DNA of 64,000 bases from Podarcis liolepis (GCA_965112155.1 OZ218105.1); one strand, 5' to 3'. Shown: positions 36,660 through 51,049, counted from the stretch's first letter. Made by a program: numbers and translations. The notes: generated from the sequence alone by a model not told the origin.

Positions 36660-37300
36660 ATAAGGTGGAATCAAATACCTGCTGGAAGTGTCAAGAGAAG
36701 GAAGGCACTTTTTTCAAATGTGGTGGCCATGTAACATAGCAAAAGTCTTCTGGGAAATGGTTTATAAAGAGTTGGAAAGAAACGTTGAAAATAACTTTTG
36801 TTAAAAAACCAGAAGCTTTCCTTTTAGGTGTAATCGGTAGAGAGGCACCGAAAGAATAGGAAATATATATATTTATGTATGCTACTACAGCTGCCCGAAT
36901 GGTATATACCCAAAGATGGAAAGAAGCAGTTCCAATGAAAGACAATTGACAACTAAAACTGATGGGATACACAGAGATGGCAAAAGTTACCGGAAGAATT
37001 ATAGATCAGGATGAGAGACATTTTTTTAACGGAATGGGGAAAGTATGCTGAATATATGAAGACCAACTTTAAGCAATTAAAAATGTTAACAGGATTGACA
37101 TAAACACGTGCAGCAAGAAATATTTAAAAGGGAACATAAAGAATAAATTTGTAAATAGGTTTGAATTGGTTATGCAGTAAGAAAATGATATAAAATAAGG
37201 AACTGCAGAGAGAGGGAAGTTGAAGAAAACGTAGGATGAATTTGTTTAGATTTATTTTTTGTTGTTAATACATTGTAAAATGCAAAAATGCAAAATAAAG
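36660..37300 (+). mobile_element. Degenerate L1/Tx1 LINE 3' end
   Basis: TGCTGGAAGTGT..GAAGGCACTTTTTTCAAATGTGGTGG (decayed CWKC..EGTF.MWW motif); A-rich 3' end. Confidence 0.65.
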
Positions 37301-37839
37301 TACACAAGTACAAAAAATAGAAAAGATAATAATTAAAAAGTAATTAAATACTAATAGAATTCTAAAAATAAAGACCCATGAAAAATACAGGTAACAAGAA
37401 GTAGTCTCTTCTTAATGAAGGCAGATTGTGCCAAGATCCACTTCCTCTTTGCATGTGCAATGAGACCACATTTGTTGCACTATCTGCCGCTGAGCAAAGT
37501 TGAAGGAATCAGACAGTTTAGCACTTAGCATTTATTTCAAACTTTAAGCGTTAATCATAATTACTTGAATCAAGCTAATCTCATAAGTAATAGTTTGAAA
37601 TCAGTTTGTTACAACTGACCATAGTTAAGATTTGCTGCATTTCAGATTCAAGGCATTACACCGTCACCGTGACTAACAATCATTGATAGCCTTTTCCTCC
37701 ATGCATTTGTCTAATCCTTTTATAAAGCCATCCAAGCTGGTGGTCAGAGGGCCAGCTGAACTGAGCCTCTTGGTAACAACGCATTATTGCAAACCAGAAG
37801 CAACTCATCCTTTTGCCAGACTCGATTCCAAGAATAGCC

Positions 37840-37985
37840 GTAAAAAAGAACTACAGTACAAATGCTGTAAAAACTGGGCCAGCCTGCTTGTGAAGAGTGT
37901 CTTTAGCAGACATCAAGGAAAATTTAGCTGCTGACGTGACCGTGGCCTGTTGCATCTTCCACATCATCTGTGAGATGAAGGAGGA
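37840..37985 (+). pseudogene. Decayed PIF/Harbinger transposase C-terminal remnant
   Basis: Frameshifted peptides ..LLVKSVFSRHQGK and VTVACCIFHIICEMKE resemble Harbinger VECAFGRLKG and IxACCVLHNICE. Confidence 0.55.
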
Positions 37986-38872
37986 CATTCTTCTGCAGAA
38001 TCATCTCAACCTCTCTGGGCAGGGAGCAAAAGAAGATGAAGAAGTCATGCTTGCAGGCTGGGAACTAGTGACCGATACAGTCACTGTACAGAGATTTCCC
38101 TCATATGCTAGGTATCTGGGTTTCCAGCAGAGATGTTTCACAAATCCGTTCACCACAGGTCAGGCACCTTTTGGGGCTTCTAGACCATTTTCTAAAAACT
38201 TTATGGAGACGCGGACAGGTATCTTGTAGCAAGATATTATTTTGTTCCAGAGAACTGGGAGGAAAGGATTCTGGGAAATGGCAGCAGGCCTCTGTGGAGT
38301 GGAGTGCGCTAGAACTGAGGGAAGTTTTGGAAGTGTGTTTGGCAGCAGTGGTTGCATCTTCTGTTGTGTTTCTGCTGCCAGCCAATGGTAAATGAACTGG
38401 TGATGTGGTAAGGCAGCACCAGTTTTGGACTGCTACAAAGGCTTGTGGGGTATCAGAGGAGTACAAACAAAAGAGGCAGTCGCAACAGGAATTTTCATTA
38501 CCATAAATATCCTGCTATTGGGAGAGTAAGGAAGGTGTTCCTTCTTATGCTTTGCATCTGCCTCTCACGCCAACAAGAGGCAGGGTCATCTTCCACTTTC
38601 GACTCCTCTGACTGGAGATGCTACCATCCAGCTAGACCAGACTAATCCTCTAAAATCTCTTAAGATTAACAAGACTTCTCAAGGCCTTAAGCTTTGTTTT
38701 TCAAAGTGTACCACTATACAAAGGCCTTCCAGGTGTTCCCATCGATTTTTTCCTCAAAGCAAAGAGGGCTTCAAAAACTGTGTCATTATCTAAGTTACTG
38801 CAGTCAGATATTTTCAGCCTCTGTGCCAGCGGTTCTCAACCTGTGGGTCCCCAGATGTTGTTGGACTACAAC

Positions 38873-39072
38873 NNNNNNNNNNNNNNNNNNNNNNNNNNNN
38901 NNNNNNNNNNNNNNNNNNNNNNNNNNNNNNNNNNNNNNNNNNNNNNNNNNNNNNNNNNNNNNNNNNNNNNNNNNNNNNNNNNNNNNNNNNNNNNNNNNNN
39001 NNNNNNNNNNNNNNNNNNNNNNNNNNNNNNNNNNNNNNNNNNNNNNNNNNNNNNNNNNNNNNNNNNNNNNNN
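38873..39072. other. Assembly gap, 200 N
   Basis: Run of exactly 200 N; left contig ends inside a hAT-MITE-like sequence. Confidence 0.99.
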
Positions 39073-39997
39073 CTGCTCTAGAAACAGGGGTTCAGGCTGT
39101 GTGGCACTAAACACAGGTTATTATTTTGGAATACCCTTGGACCCAACTCTGACAAATTATGTTCAGGTGACAGCTGTGGTGGGTATTCCTTTGCCCAGCA
39201 CAAGCTGGTACACCAACTACAGATCTGGCCATGAAAACACATGTCTTAGTTACACCTTGTCTGGACTACTCTTACTGGATGCACTCTAAGTGGGGCTTCC
39301 TTTGAAAAGGTATCTGGAAACTCAGTTTGGTCCAGAGTGCAATACTCTTTAACATCCATTATGGGGAGGAATTGGACGTTGCACTTTTCCAATGGTTCTG
39401 TCAGCGTAAGCACTTCAGCTTGCTGACAGAACACTCTCCCCTTTCCTCCCGCCAGGCACTGTTCTAGGGGTTCTCCAGACCCTGAAACACACATATACCC
39501 CGATTCAGTTTGCTGTGCTGGTTCCTGCTAAAGCACCTTCTTAGTTGAACTGGCCTGTGGTTTTTAGGCTAATGATACTAAAGGGACTGTTTTCTGCACT
39601 ATTAACTGGTCTGCCCACTAAGATCATGGTCAGATGCCCTCTTGTGTGTCCCAACTGACCAGCGCAGTCCGTCAGGCTGTGTCTAAGGAGAGGCTTTCTC
39701 ATAGGAAGTCCCTCCTGATGAAGTGAATGCTGACCCCTCCCTTACAATAGTTTGTCAGATGGCAAATACCTTCCATTTTATACTGATGACATGTGCCAAT
39801 CGTAGTTTTTTGTTTTGTCTCCTGCTGCTTTCTCTGTAGATTACATTTTTATCTTGCTGTTTTATGCTACTTATGTTTTATAATACAATCTTAAATGTTT
39901 TGATTGCTTTTAAGAGGGATGTTATGGTCGGATTATTTTTTGTTGAAAGGTGGGATATAAATATTTTAAATAAAAAATAAAATAAAATAAAAGTTAC

Positions 39998-40037
39998 CCG
40001 GAGTTTCTCAAAGAGCTCAGAAATTTTCACCAAGTAC
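39998..40037 (-). CDS. SNX5: Sorting nexin 5 coding exon 9 (last one found)
   Basis: 40 bp, AG/GT; (K)YLVKISELFEKLR vs human KYLLKVAELFEKLR. Confidence 0.88.
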
Positions 40038-41437
40038 CTGGGGAGGAATAGGGTGAGAAGAGAATGTTAACTGTATCTCCCAAACCCTGAACTCACACCA
40101 ATAGCTTTATATTAGCAGCAAACCTCCTGCACTGGGGCAAGGAGTTGGGGGGGCCACATCAGCTATGGCTGCCAAGTTAGTGGTTAAATTCATAGGTGCA
40201 GTGACCTGGCTCCATGCCTCCTCTGCCAAACTATTTGGCTTCTGTGCTAACTGTAGGGGGAAGTCTTTCTTCCACAACCAGGATAGAAACCTCCAGGTTG
40301 GATCACCACCAGTCTACCTGGAGGAAAGCAATATTTTTAGTCTGTGTTTCCAGGCTGGCTGGGAAGGAGAGTGCTCCCCCTTTTCTATGGCCAGCACAGT
40401 GACATAGGCTACTAGCCCCTTAGCAGGCATGTAAAAGAAATGGCACTGCAGGTAACTTTTGTGGGCTTATTTATATAAGACTAGATTCTGATTCTACCTG
40501 CCTGAACAGATTGGCCTGTTCCGTAAGACTCCAGAGTTATGACGACACAGAAGAACACAGGGCAAGGAAGGAGGTACTAACAGTAGAGGTATGAAGCCAT
40601 ACGAAAGACAAGAGGTGCAGACATCCCTGACCAACAGAAGCTACCACACCTTATTAACTGGATAATCTGGTGAATGTATTTATGCTACTGAAACCTGCTA
40701 GGCAGTAATGAAATTTTAGCAGAGTCTTCCAGAGGGAACTCAATTTTCATCACTATAAACAAGTCCAACAGAGATGAGTCAGGAATTATGCTTGAGGAAG
40801 ATAATATAGTACTAGAAGACAACTTACATTAGAGGTTGCCAACATGGAGCCCACAGGCATCAGTGTGCCCCCCAAAAAGCCTCAAAAGTGCACAACACAT
40901 GAGGGACTATTTGGTCTTCGTGCTCAGTCCCTATTAGCACTGGTTTCCCCTTTCCTACAATGAACACTTTCCCCAAAACATGTCCACTTTTCATTGGATG
41001 CCAGGACTGGACACCCACCTTCACTTCTGTTCTGAACAGAGGGAAAATGTGGGGGTGCCTGATGTAGTGCCTCCCCCTAATTGATTGGAGTGGGGCAATG
41101 GGGCATGCCTGTGCCATTTTGTAGTCCTGCCTCTTGTTCTGCTCTTAGCTAAGGCAGCCATTTTGGTTTAGGCAACAACCCCCACTGCAGCCATTTTGTG
41201 ACTGGAGCCCACAGCACTCTCTCAAAATTCCAGATGTGCCCACTGGCCCAAAAAGGAGACCCCATAGAAAAAGAACGAGGGCTGGTGTTGTTCTGGTGCA
41301 AAGAACCAGAAACATACATGGATCTGGAATAGAATGTTCAGCAATTGTACATTTGCAAAATTTTAAACCTGAGTTTCAGAACGCTTTTGTATCAGTAGGT
41401 GACAGCACACTCAAGTGAAGAGCACTGCACTGGCAAA

Positions 41438-41813
41438 AGGTGGTGCTGTGGTCTAAACCACCAAGCCTCTTGGGTTTGCTGATCAGAAGGTCAGCGGTTA
41501 GAATGCCCATGATAGGGTGAGCTCCCATTGCTCTGTACCAGCTCCTGCGAACCTAGCAGTTCGAAAGCATGCCAGTGCAACTAGATAAAGAGGTACCACT
41601 GTGGTGGAAAGGTAAATGGTGCTTCTGTGCGCTCTTGCACTTGTCATGGTGTCCCATTGCACCAGAGGCGGTTTAGTCATGCTGGCCACATGACCCGGAA
41701 AGCTGTCTGTGGACAAACGCCGGCTCCCTCGGCCTGAAAGCGAGATGAGCGCCGTGCCCCATAGTCACCTTTGACTGGACTTAATCGTCCAGGGGTCCTT
41801 TACATTTACCTTT
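41438..41813 (+). mobile_element. Sauria SINE
   Basis: Similar to 22669-23028. Confidence 0.85.
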
Positions 41814-43197
41814 TACTGGCAGCAAAAAATACCATAAGGGGTTGCATTCAAAGTAGCGCTAATAATAATAATAATAAATAAGCCGGGCTCAGAGCGGCAA
41901 ACAACAGTAAAAGTAAAACAGCATTCTAAAATCAAATCAAAATCAAATTAATGGCAACCATTGAGCTAGAGTTCTATCAGACTGTGCCTTGGCCAAAGGC
42001 CTGTGGAACAGCTCGGTCTTGCAGGCCCTGCGGAAAGATGTCAAGTCCCTAGTCTCTTGTGACAGAGCGTTTCACCAGATCGGGGCAACAGCCGAAAAAG
42101 CCCTGGCTCTGGTTGAGGCCAGCCACACCTCCAAGATGTGTTTGAAGACTGTAAGGTCCTCTGTGGGACATACCAGGAGAGGTGGTCCCATAGGTACGAG
42201 GGTCCTAAGGAGATTGTTCCACCAGTACAGGCATTTCTGCTTGCCCAATGGAATGTTCTCCCCTCTCCTTGCTCTGTATGCTGTTCTGGGGGCTCTCAAG
42301 ACCTTCCAGTGCAGATCGGGGTGTGGGTGGCAAGGAGAAGCAAGGGCAGTCCTCTTACCCTAGTGGGACTCATTACACTGGTTTCTGCTAGGGCAACAAT
42401 TTAGTTGAATACAGCCCAATGAATCCACAGGAGTCAATTGCTGTTACACGAGAGGGTAAGAACAGCAGAATGCAGGCAGCAGAAGCAGCTAGCTGCCAGT
42501 TGAGAAATCAATAGTATTAAGACAAAAACAAAGAACAGAGAAATTTACAGACACTAGGTGATTTCAACATTCATCATACTCAAGAGAAAACCCACTGAAA
42601 TAAATAGGTCTATGCTGAATACGACATGGGACAGTATCCAACTGAACAGTTCCACTAGTGTAAGGATTCTTAGTTGTGCAATGGAAATTCCTCACCCTCT
42701 CCTCACCCTGCACAACCTGTAAATCTGCTCCAGAGAGGGGAAGGATCCCCTGCAATAGATTCAAAGGTCAAGCTGGAAGGGGGCGGCAGCACAGGGAGAA
42801 GCGGGGATGGTTCTCTTGAACAGCTGAAAGTTCTTGTCCTAGTGAAACAGTACAGTTGGATAACTCCCTAAGCTGGATATCACCTACTAGCAAAAAAGAA
42901 TCAATAGGAAAGAAATACAGAAAGTGAAAATCAAAGGCAGAAAAATAAAAGGAAATAGCATGAAAACTAATCAAATTTACAGAAGGCACCAAAAGTTAAT
43001 ATTCTGAATTCTAATTTCCCTTTAATATTGTTTTCAGGTTTTTGATTTGTCTTAATTATACAAGAGGTCTCAACTGTGTCACCCCTAACATGTCCTGCTA
43101 CCATTTAAATAAAATAAAAAAGTTATCAGGATAGCAGGATGAATCTGACACATCACATCTACTTTGAACCTTAGTGGCCTTTGTCACTGTGACAAAG

Positions 43198-43200
43198 TAA

Positions 43201-43251
<51 letters not shown>

Positions 43252-43253
43252 AT
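43198..43253. repeat. (AAAT)n microsatellite
   Basis: Direct reading. Confidence 0.95.
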
Positions 43254-43352
43254 ATAATAATAATACCTTTATTGTCAATGTACAACCTGTGTACAATGAA
43301 AGTTTGAGAATTTTGCCAGAGCTATTTTTGAAGAGGAATGGCATGGACTTAC

Positions 43353-43428
43353 TTTTTAATGGTAGTTGGTTCTTCTAGAGCCAGACTATTTAAGCAAGCC
43401 GAAGTATGAATATAATCATCTGCAACAT
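43353..43428 (-). CDS. SNX5: SNX5 coding exon 8
   Basis: 76 bp; NVADDYIHTSACLNSLALEEPTTIK. Confidence 0.94.
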
Positions 43429-43524
43429 CTATTGAGAAAGAACACAAAACACTTTCAGTCTTGTCTCTGAACTGAGCAGTATTTAGAAAATACTCTTGAG
43501 TGTCTCTATAGGTAAAAAGGTTAC

Positions 43525-43630
43525 TTTTATGAGCTCTTGTCATCTTATCTGCCTTTGCACATGCATCCTTGATTCTGTTGTAGTAGTTTATAAGAAACGT
43601 CTTCTCTTGTCCAAAGAAATCATCTACTTC
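43525..43630 (-). CDS. SNX5: SNX5 coding exon 7
   Basis: 106 bp; EVDDFFGQEKTFLINYYNRIKDACAKADKMTRAHK. Confidence 0.95.
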
Positions 43631-44466
43631 CTGGAAAGAGATTTTCGGGTGATTAAGGTAGTGTTTTGACCAAGAAAACGCGAAAATTAGGCTACAGTTA
43701 CTTTCACATCAACCCTCTTTAGTAGGAATGCAATACGAGCTTGGCTTTTGAAATCATTTACAAAATATTTAGCTACCTGAAGCCTTCCCTGAAACAAGTG
43801 AACATCATGTGAAGGTCTGTGTACGTGTGCAGGATTATGACAGCCCCAACCCACATTTACCTGAAAGTTACTTAAATCTTTTCAAAATAATCACCCTTAA
43901 GAAAAACACCTTAAAAGTCATGCTCTGTTAGGTTCACTGCACAAGCAATCTCCATTCCCTCAGCTCTGTTCCCTACCCCATAAAAAAAATCCTGATAAGT
44001 TAGTTTTACTTTACAGTGGAAAGGAAAGTGGTGGGGAAGATAGAACTTTGCTCTCATCCAGCATGGCTGTTGTTAAGTCTATACCTCCAAAAATAGGGCA
44101 GAGGAGTGCTCGCAGTAGTACTGAATTCATGGTGTCCTGGAGCCCCCCTCCAACCCACTCCATTGCTAAAGAATGAGCCTAAGTGTTTGTTCTTAGCAAC
44201 GCAATTTGCACAATTTCATGCCAGAAAGTCTTGAAGTGATTTACAATTTAAAAAAGCAGTTAAAACAATTGCATATATAAAAAGATTTTTTAAAAATAAA
44301 TATAAAAGCAGTTCAAAATAACATCAGCATTTATATGAAAATTATTAAAATCCAAGAGAGCAACTGGAATAAAGGTCTTTAAATGCTAGTAATACAGTAT
44401 ATGTAAGCAGGCATACAGATTGATGGAAAATAAAGCAAGAGACAATTTAGCTTTAAGAACTCTTAC

Positions 44467-44562
44467 TTTAACCCCAGAGAACAGAACTTCGTCAGCGCTC
44501 TTCACCACAATTTTGAAGAAGCCACCAAACATTTCTTTTGTGTTTTTCCTCCGAACACTTAG
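44467..44562 (-). CDS. SNX5: SNX5 coding exon 6
   Basis: 96 bp; LSVRRKNTKEMFGGFFKIVVKSADEVLFSGVK. Confidence 0.95.
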
Positions 44563-44984
44563 CTAAGAGAGATATGGAAAGAGACACATTAGGCAGTGAT
44601 AAACTATCTTCCAACTCTATGATTCTATGATTCTATGATTCTATGATTATGCTGGAATTCAAACCTGTGATATTGGTGCTATTGGCACCATACCCTAACC
44701 CATGCATTTCCACCATTCTACCCACAGAGCCCACTTTAGAGTGGTAGCTATTAATGAGGACTATGTGTGATAAACTGGCACTACAGGAGCAGAGCCAGTT
44801 ACAAAATTGTGGCAGATGGAGTTTGGCATATTCAATCAGCAACTGCAGACATAATTTTATTATTTCTAATCCCGTTTCAAAAATTGCTGAATTCTTTCCT
44901 TGTGGCAAGGAGTTCCATAGTTCAGCTGTCCTCAAATTAAATAGGTATTATTTACGGAAGCAATGTGAAGTTGTATATGGCGTA

Positions 44985-45738
44985 CCGTATTTTTCGCCCT
45001 ATAGGACGCACTTTTTCCCCTCCAAAAATGAAGGGGAAATGTGTGTGCGTCCTATGGGGCGAATGCAGGCTTTCACTGAAGCCTGGAGAGCGAGAGGGGT
45101 CGGTGCGCACAGACCCCTCTCGCTCTCCAGGCTTCAGGAAGCTATCCGCAAACCTTGTGAGCTCTGCGCGACTTCCCGTCGGGCTCCCAAGGCTTGTGGA
45201 TAGCAGCCCGCATCCTGAAGCCCGGGGCGCGCTGTGCAGCTTCCTCCAGATATCAGCGCGCCCTGGGCTTCCTCCAGCGCGCCCCGGGCTTCCTCCAGAT
45301 ATCAGGAAGCCCCACAAGCTCGGGGGACAGCGGGGAGGCGGAGCGCCGCCATCCTGCTATTCCCCGACCTGGTTTTGGAGGCTGGCGGTGGGGAGAAGCG
45401 CGCTTCTCCCCACCGCCAGCCCAAGCTCGGGGCACAGCGGGGAGGCGGAGCGCCGCCAACCCGCTATTCCCCGACCTGGCTTGCAGAGTTGCCTGCATCC
45501 CGAAGCCTTCGGGCAGATATCCGCAAGCCTGGGGAGACCGGCGCGACTTCCCGCGGGCTCCCTAGGCTTGCGGATAGCAGCCTGTTCTGGGGGCTGGGGT
45601 CGGGTGAAGCTCGGGCTTCCCCCGCCCCAGCCCCGCGCCTGGGGAGGAAATATTTTTTTTCCCTTTATTTCCCCCCCCCCAAAAAAACAACTAGGTGTGC
45701 CCTACGGGCCGGTGCACCCTATAGGGCGAAAAATACGG
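44985..45738. mobile_element. Tc1/mariner-pogo type MITE with GC-rich interior
   Basis: TA|CCGTATTTTTCGCCCTATAGG ... CCTATAGGGCGAAAAATACGG|TA. Confidence 0.9.
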
Positions 45739-45971
45739 TAAATGCAGTCTTGCCTTCCCTTGACAGGATTTTTGGGGGCTTGATTCTTTCAGTGGTTCTT
45801 GTAATTGTCTGAATTGTTTTAAATGGAAGAATTTTGTTTTTATATTTTAATGCTTATATTAATTATGAATTTTGGTGTTTTAATTTAATGATCTGTAAAT
45901 CATCCTGGGATATTTTTGATGAAGGCTGGTTTAGAAATAGTGTAAATAAATGAAAAGCCGATGTGCCTTAC

Positions 45972-46095
45972 ATCCTGATCATACTCAAGGAAGACATGAA
46001 AGTTGTGATCTTGGCTGAGAAGAGGGTGGGCAGAAATTCGCTGAAGGAAGACTTCATGTGACGATACGGTTTTCTTGAAGACTGCAAGGTACTCC
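45972..46095 (-). CDS. SNX5: SNX5 coding exon 5
   Basis: 124 bp; [41 protein letters not shown]. Confidence 0.95.
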
Positions 46096-46288
46096 CTGGA
46101 GGAAAAATAATATTGGAATGAAAAAAAATGTGCCCCACATTGTGCACACTTCGGCCTAAGGTGCACCTGCATCGTAGTGCGCTGTGCGTACAAGCATTGC
46201 AGGTATCTTCTTGCATAGAATCGAGGAGCTGGAAGGGACCTAAAGTGTCATCTGCCCCTCAGGAATCATAGCTAATTGCAGTCAATTA

Positions 46289-46526
46289 CTGTTGTACCTT
46301 GGAAGTCAAACGGAATCCGTTCTGGAAGTCCATTTGACTTCCAAAACATTCAGAAACCAAAGCACAGCTTCTGATTGGCTGCAGGAAGCTCTTGTAGCCA
46401 ACTGGAAGCTGCAGGTGTTCATCTTCCAAAAATAGTTCGCAAACCAGAACAGTCACTTCCGGGTTTGCGGCGTTCGGTAGCCAAAGCCTTTGAGAAGTAA
46501 GCTGTTCGAAAACCAAGGTATGACTG
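46289..46526. mobile_element. Tigger-like MITE
   Basis: Related to 30747-30997; TA flanks. Confidence 0.75.
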
Positions 46527-46800
46527 TAATTGCTTTCAATGATGAATGCCATAACTTCTTATTTACATTTTAGATGACAGATTAGATGCCACTCTCCCAC
46601 CCGACTGTACAATCAGTGGCTGCAATGACCATATACCTCGAATTATGTGCACAGGTCCAGATCTGGCAGTAAGAACTACACGCACAGCCAGAGGCTGGAA
46701 TTATAGACCATCACCAGAAGCAGGACTTTGGGCTCCTGCATCACAGCAAACTCATCTCCCTTGCTGAACTGGGATAACTTCCATCACGTACAATTCTTGT

Positions 46801-46938
46801 CAGAGCTTTTTTCCTAAAAAATGTTTAGAGGTACTCTCATTTTCCTTCTCATATTGAGATACTGCCCCTCAATGAGGCCAAACTTAGATTCACAAAATGT
46901 CTAGGGTACCCCTGCATCCCCCTAGAAAAAAAGCACTG
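46801..46938. mobile_element. hAT MITE
   Basis: CAGAGCTTTTTT/AAAAAAAGCACTG TIR; TSD ATTCTTGT/GTTCTTGT. Confidence 0.75.
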
Positions 46939-48286
46939 GTTCTTGTATCCAGATATGAACTTTAGCTTCTTCACACACACCCATATCTTGATATTTTAAA
47001 TCAGTATTCAACCTCTCAGACTTAAGACCTACCCTTTAATCCCACTAAAAAAAATACTGCAAGGCTTTCTGCCATGACAGGCTGATAGATCGACTGTGAC
47101 ACTAAGCTGATAAATGTGCTACAAGCCAGCATACATATCTGTCTCCGATGACAATGCTGGATCAAAGAGTCTACAAGCCAGATCGTTCAAGGCAGGGATG
47201 GGGGACCTGTAGCCCTCCATTGCTGACTCCAATTCCTAATTTGATCCAGTCAGAATAGTCAGTCAAGATCTGGACAGCCACAGGCTCCCTGTCTCTTCTT
47301 TTTCGTGTGTGCATGTTAACTCCTTCCAGAACAGACTGAATACCAGCTAGTTGGACAGATGACATTCACACTAACAGCAACTCTGCCTTCAAACTGGCTC
47401 CCAAGCACAGGTTCTTAACTTTAAAGCCCTCAACGACTTGGTTCTAGTAATCTCTGAGAATGTGCAAATTCTCCCAGGACTTGAGATCTTCTGAAGAGAC
47501 CCTATTTTGAAACATGTCTTATGGGAAGCCTAGGTTACCCTCAAACAGGAGAGGAGCCTTCTTCGTAGCAGCTCTGATGCTCTGGAATAGTCTACCAAGA
47601 CAGGTCTATTCTCTTTTTGGAGAATGGCGAATTTGCCTACCCCAACCTTTCACAAACACTGGATGCCAGACTGCTATCATGTATTGTACCTTTATTGAAA
47701 TGTTTACTTATGTTATAGGTTTTCTTAAGCTTGTAAATGACAAATTGTCTGAATAGTGGTGTATAAACAGATTTAAATAACATGAGCTTTTAACTAGGAC
47801 TGGGGAAACTGGCTTCAAATCCCCATTGGCACTTGGACTTTAACTGGGTGAACTTGAGCCAGTCACTACCTCAGAGCCAAACCTGCACACAAGGTTTGTT
47901 GAGAGGATAAAACCATAGAATTGTAGCGTTGGAAGGGACCCTAAGGATCATCTAGTCTAACCCCTGCAATGCAAGAATATGCAGCTGTCCCATAAGGGGA
48001 TCAAACGTGCAACCTTGACATTATCAGCACCATGCTCTAACTAACTGAGCTATCCAGGGCCATATATTGTCCTTAGAATAAAGGGAGGATATGAATGCAA
48101 CAAACTAAACTAACAGACCATGCAGAGGAGTGGGAAGACAATGCAAATTCAGAAAACTTACTAGGCTGTTTTAACCTGTAGAGTCTTGACAGTTCAGAAG
48201 CCTTCTTTACACTCACATAGATTTGTCAGCAAGCAAACATTTACATGGGATATAGAGGGTCTTTTCGTTAAGTATGATCACACTCA

Positions 48287-48430
<144 letters not shown>

Positions 48431-49763
48431 TTAGGAACCTCCTTGTCCAAAAAGAGAACTTCAGTAATTTCTACTGCCTAGCAATTTCTACAAGAACACT
48501 GCAAGTCAAACATCTAATTTTTATGGAAATACCTTCCAGCTGAGGTCAGAAAAGCCACCTCTCTGTTGAGCTTTCAGTGCTTTCTGAAGACTTTTTTATT
48601 CATTTTTTAATAGAATAGAACAATAGCTTTTAGTCATATTTAGTTTCATTGTATTGTGTCTCCTACTGTAATTAAGTAGTATATAATTTGTTAAAGTAAA
48701 TAATAAATAAATAACTTGGGTACAGTATAGTATAACAATATTTCTCTATAGAACAGCAGTGTAAATGCTGAAAAGATGTGAAAGGAACTAAAATATGAAC
48801 AATGTATGCAGAGTGTTCTAAGGGCAAATCTGTGGCTACAGATCTGGTGGGACAGAGATTGAGGATAGACAGTGGTGGAGACGTAGCACATTGCAAGTAA
48901 ATGCAAAACTGCATCTCAAAAAAGTAGTATTGTATTGTATGTCTAATTTAAATAAAATGATGAAATTTGAAGTGTGAGAAGTCTTGACAATAATCTCATT
49001 GCCTTTGTATGAGCCCCTTGCACAAAAAATAGGGGCAACTGTTGAGGGGTGTCAAATGCTCTTGGAGCTGAAACTGAGAACAGCACTCTAGCACACACAA
49101 GCACACACACACTCTTGCTGCTAAACATATATGTCATTTCTCAACTACTTCAGTCTTCAATAAAACCAACAAGCTAAAAAATTCAAACCAACAATAGTAC
49201 AATTACATTTATTTTAAAAACTGGAGAAAACTCAGAAAACCACACAATTCAAAGATTAACAAAATAAAGAAGAATTTAACTGCACTTCCGCAAGACCCAC
49301 ATCTCTGGCTCTTCTCAGATCTCCTTTTGGAGGGAATTTCACAAAAGAATCCACTATAGTATCACTATTTCATTAAATTATCATCTTGCTGCCCTCAATA
49401 AGGTTTCATTATTTGATAAACTCAAAATTAGTTATTGTAAAGAGTTGAAATGTGGTTACTTAATAGTGCAATCCTACCTATGTCTACTCAGAAGTAAGTC
49501 TCACTGAACCCAATGGGGTTTAATCCCAGGTTAAGTGGGTACAGAACTGCAGCATAACTGAAATATCCATAGCAACCCCACTCATGCATTGAAATGAGTT
49601 TCAAGGCTAAAGATATATACCAATATACACTGGAGATTAAGAATCAGTACTATGAAATTCTAAAACAAAAAATCAGAAACCACAGAATTACTTGTTTGCA
49701 ACTTGCAATTTCATTGTTTAGCAAAGATGTCTGCATTTTAAATCAGATTTTGTAAGTACTTAC

Positions 49764-49874
49764 AATTAGTCCTGCATACTCTTCTGTCTCAATAAATGTA
49801 TCATGCAGCCACTCAAAATCTTCATGCTGTCTTGTAACAGAGAATTCTGTGCTCTGAAAAACTGGCAATGTAGT
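49764..49874 (-). CDS. SNX5: SNX5 coding exon 3
   Basis: 111 bp; [37 protein letters not shown]. Confidence 0.95.
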
Positions 49875-50842
49875 CTGAAAGCAGAAATCAGTTACTCCTT
49901 TGGACCTCATTAATACAAAAAATAAAAATAATAAATAGTGTAGGATTTTGAGACTGTTAAGCTGGAACATGGGTGGGAAGACTTCAGGTTTGTAGGATCT
50001 ACTTTTTTTTTAAACTAGAACCCTGAGAACCACCAACTGGAGCCGGGTGTAAAGAAACACGTGTAAAATTAAAGGATTCTGAGACAAGAGATGAGAAATT
50101 TGTTCTGAATGCCAGAAATTGAGTTTACAGCCCTTCCACACAAAACTCCACTATCAGCTTTCCTCAACTGCTGTTGCAACCATATCCCATATTCAGATCC
50201 ATGCAGGCAGCACAACTGCCATCAAAAACTGTTTAGAAGTCAAGATACAAACAAATAGAAAAAGACTGAACTGATTTTAAATTTTAATTTTAAATTTAAA
50301 GTCCCAAATCTTGCTCCCCTTACTGAAATCAAATCTGAATTACTACACGTTATTAAAATCAGTAATATAATGTGTGAAAATAAAGTGAGATTAAACAATT
50401 GAACCAAAAACCAGTTTCTTAAATTTCTTAACCCCAAACCAGTATCTTAAAATGACCCATGAGCAACACCATCCCTGGAATATTGCTTTTGTTCAATTTA
50501 AACAAAATCTCATCTTATTTTGGCCATGGTTCATTTTGAATTTTATATAAATGGATATATATATTGGTTTAAAACGTGATATATAGCTTTTCAGGTGGTT
50601 TTCAACACATTGCTCAATCTTGATTAGTACAAGAGGTATTTAGATGTCTATGGAAGCAAGTGAAAAAATAAAATATAATAAAAAGTAGAAGGAAATTTCC
50701 CAAAAGATAATTTTGGAGAGACAGAGCACATCATCTTTAAAAAAACAGGCATAAAAATGCTTTCATTTCAATTTATGTGAGGTAAGGCTATTTTCCAAGC
50801 CATGTTCACTAATCTGTAACTTCATAGAAGTTACCTTGGTCA

Positions 50843-51049
<207 letters not shown>

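Noticed and set aside
36041-40037. SNX5-MARCHF8 fusion gene
   Set aside because: Exons are separated by an assembly gap and splice phases are incompatible (0 versus 1).
44965-45812. Long ORFs (258 aa, 192 aa), and similar ones at 6954-7577
   Set aside because: They lie in GC-rich MITE interiors, are open in several frames and show no protein motifs.
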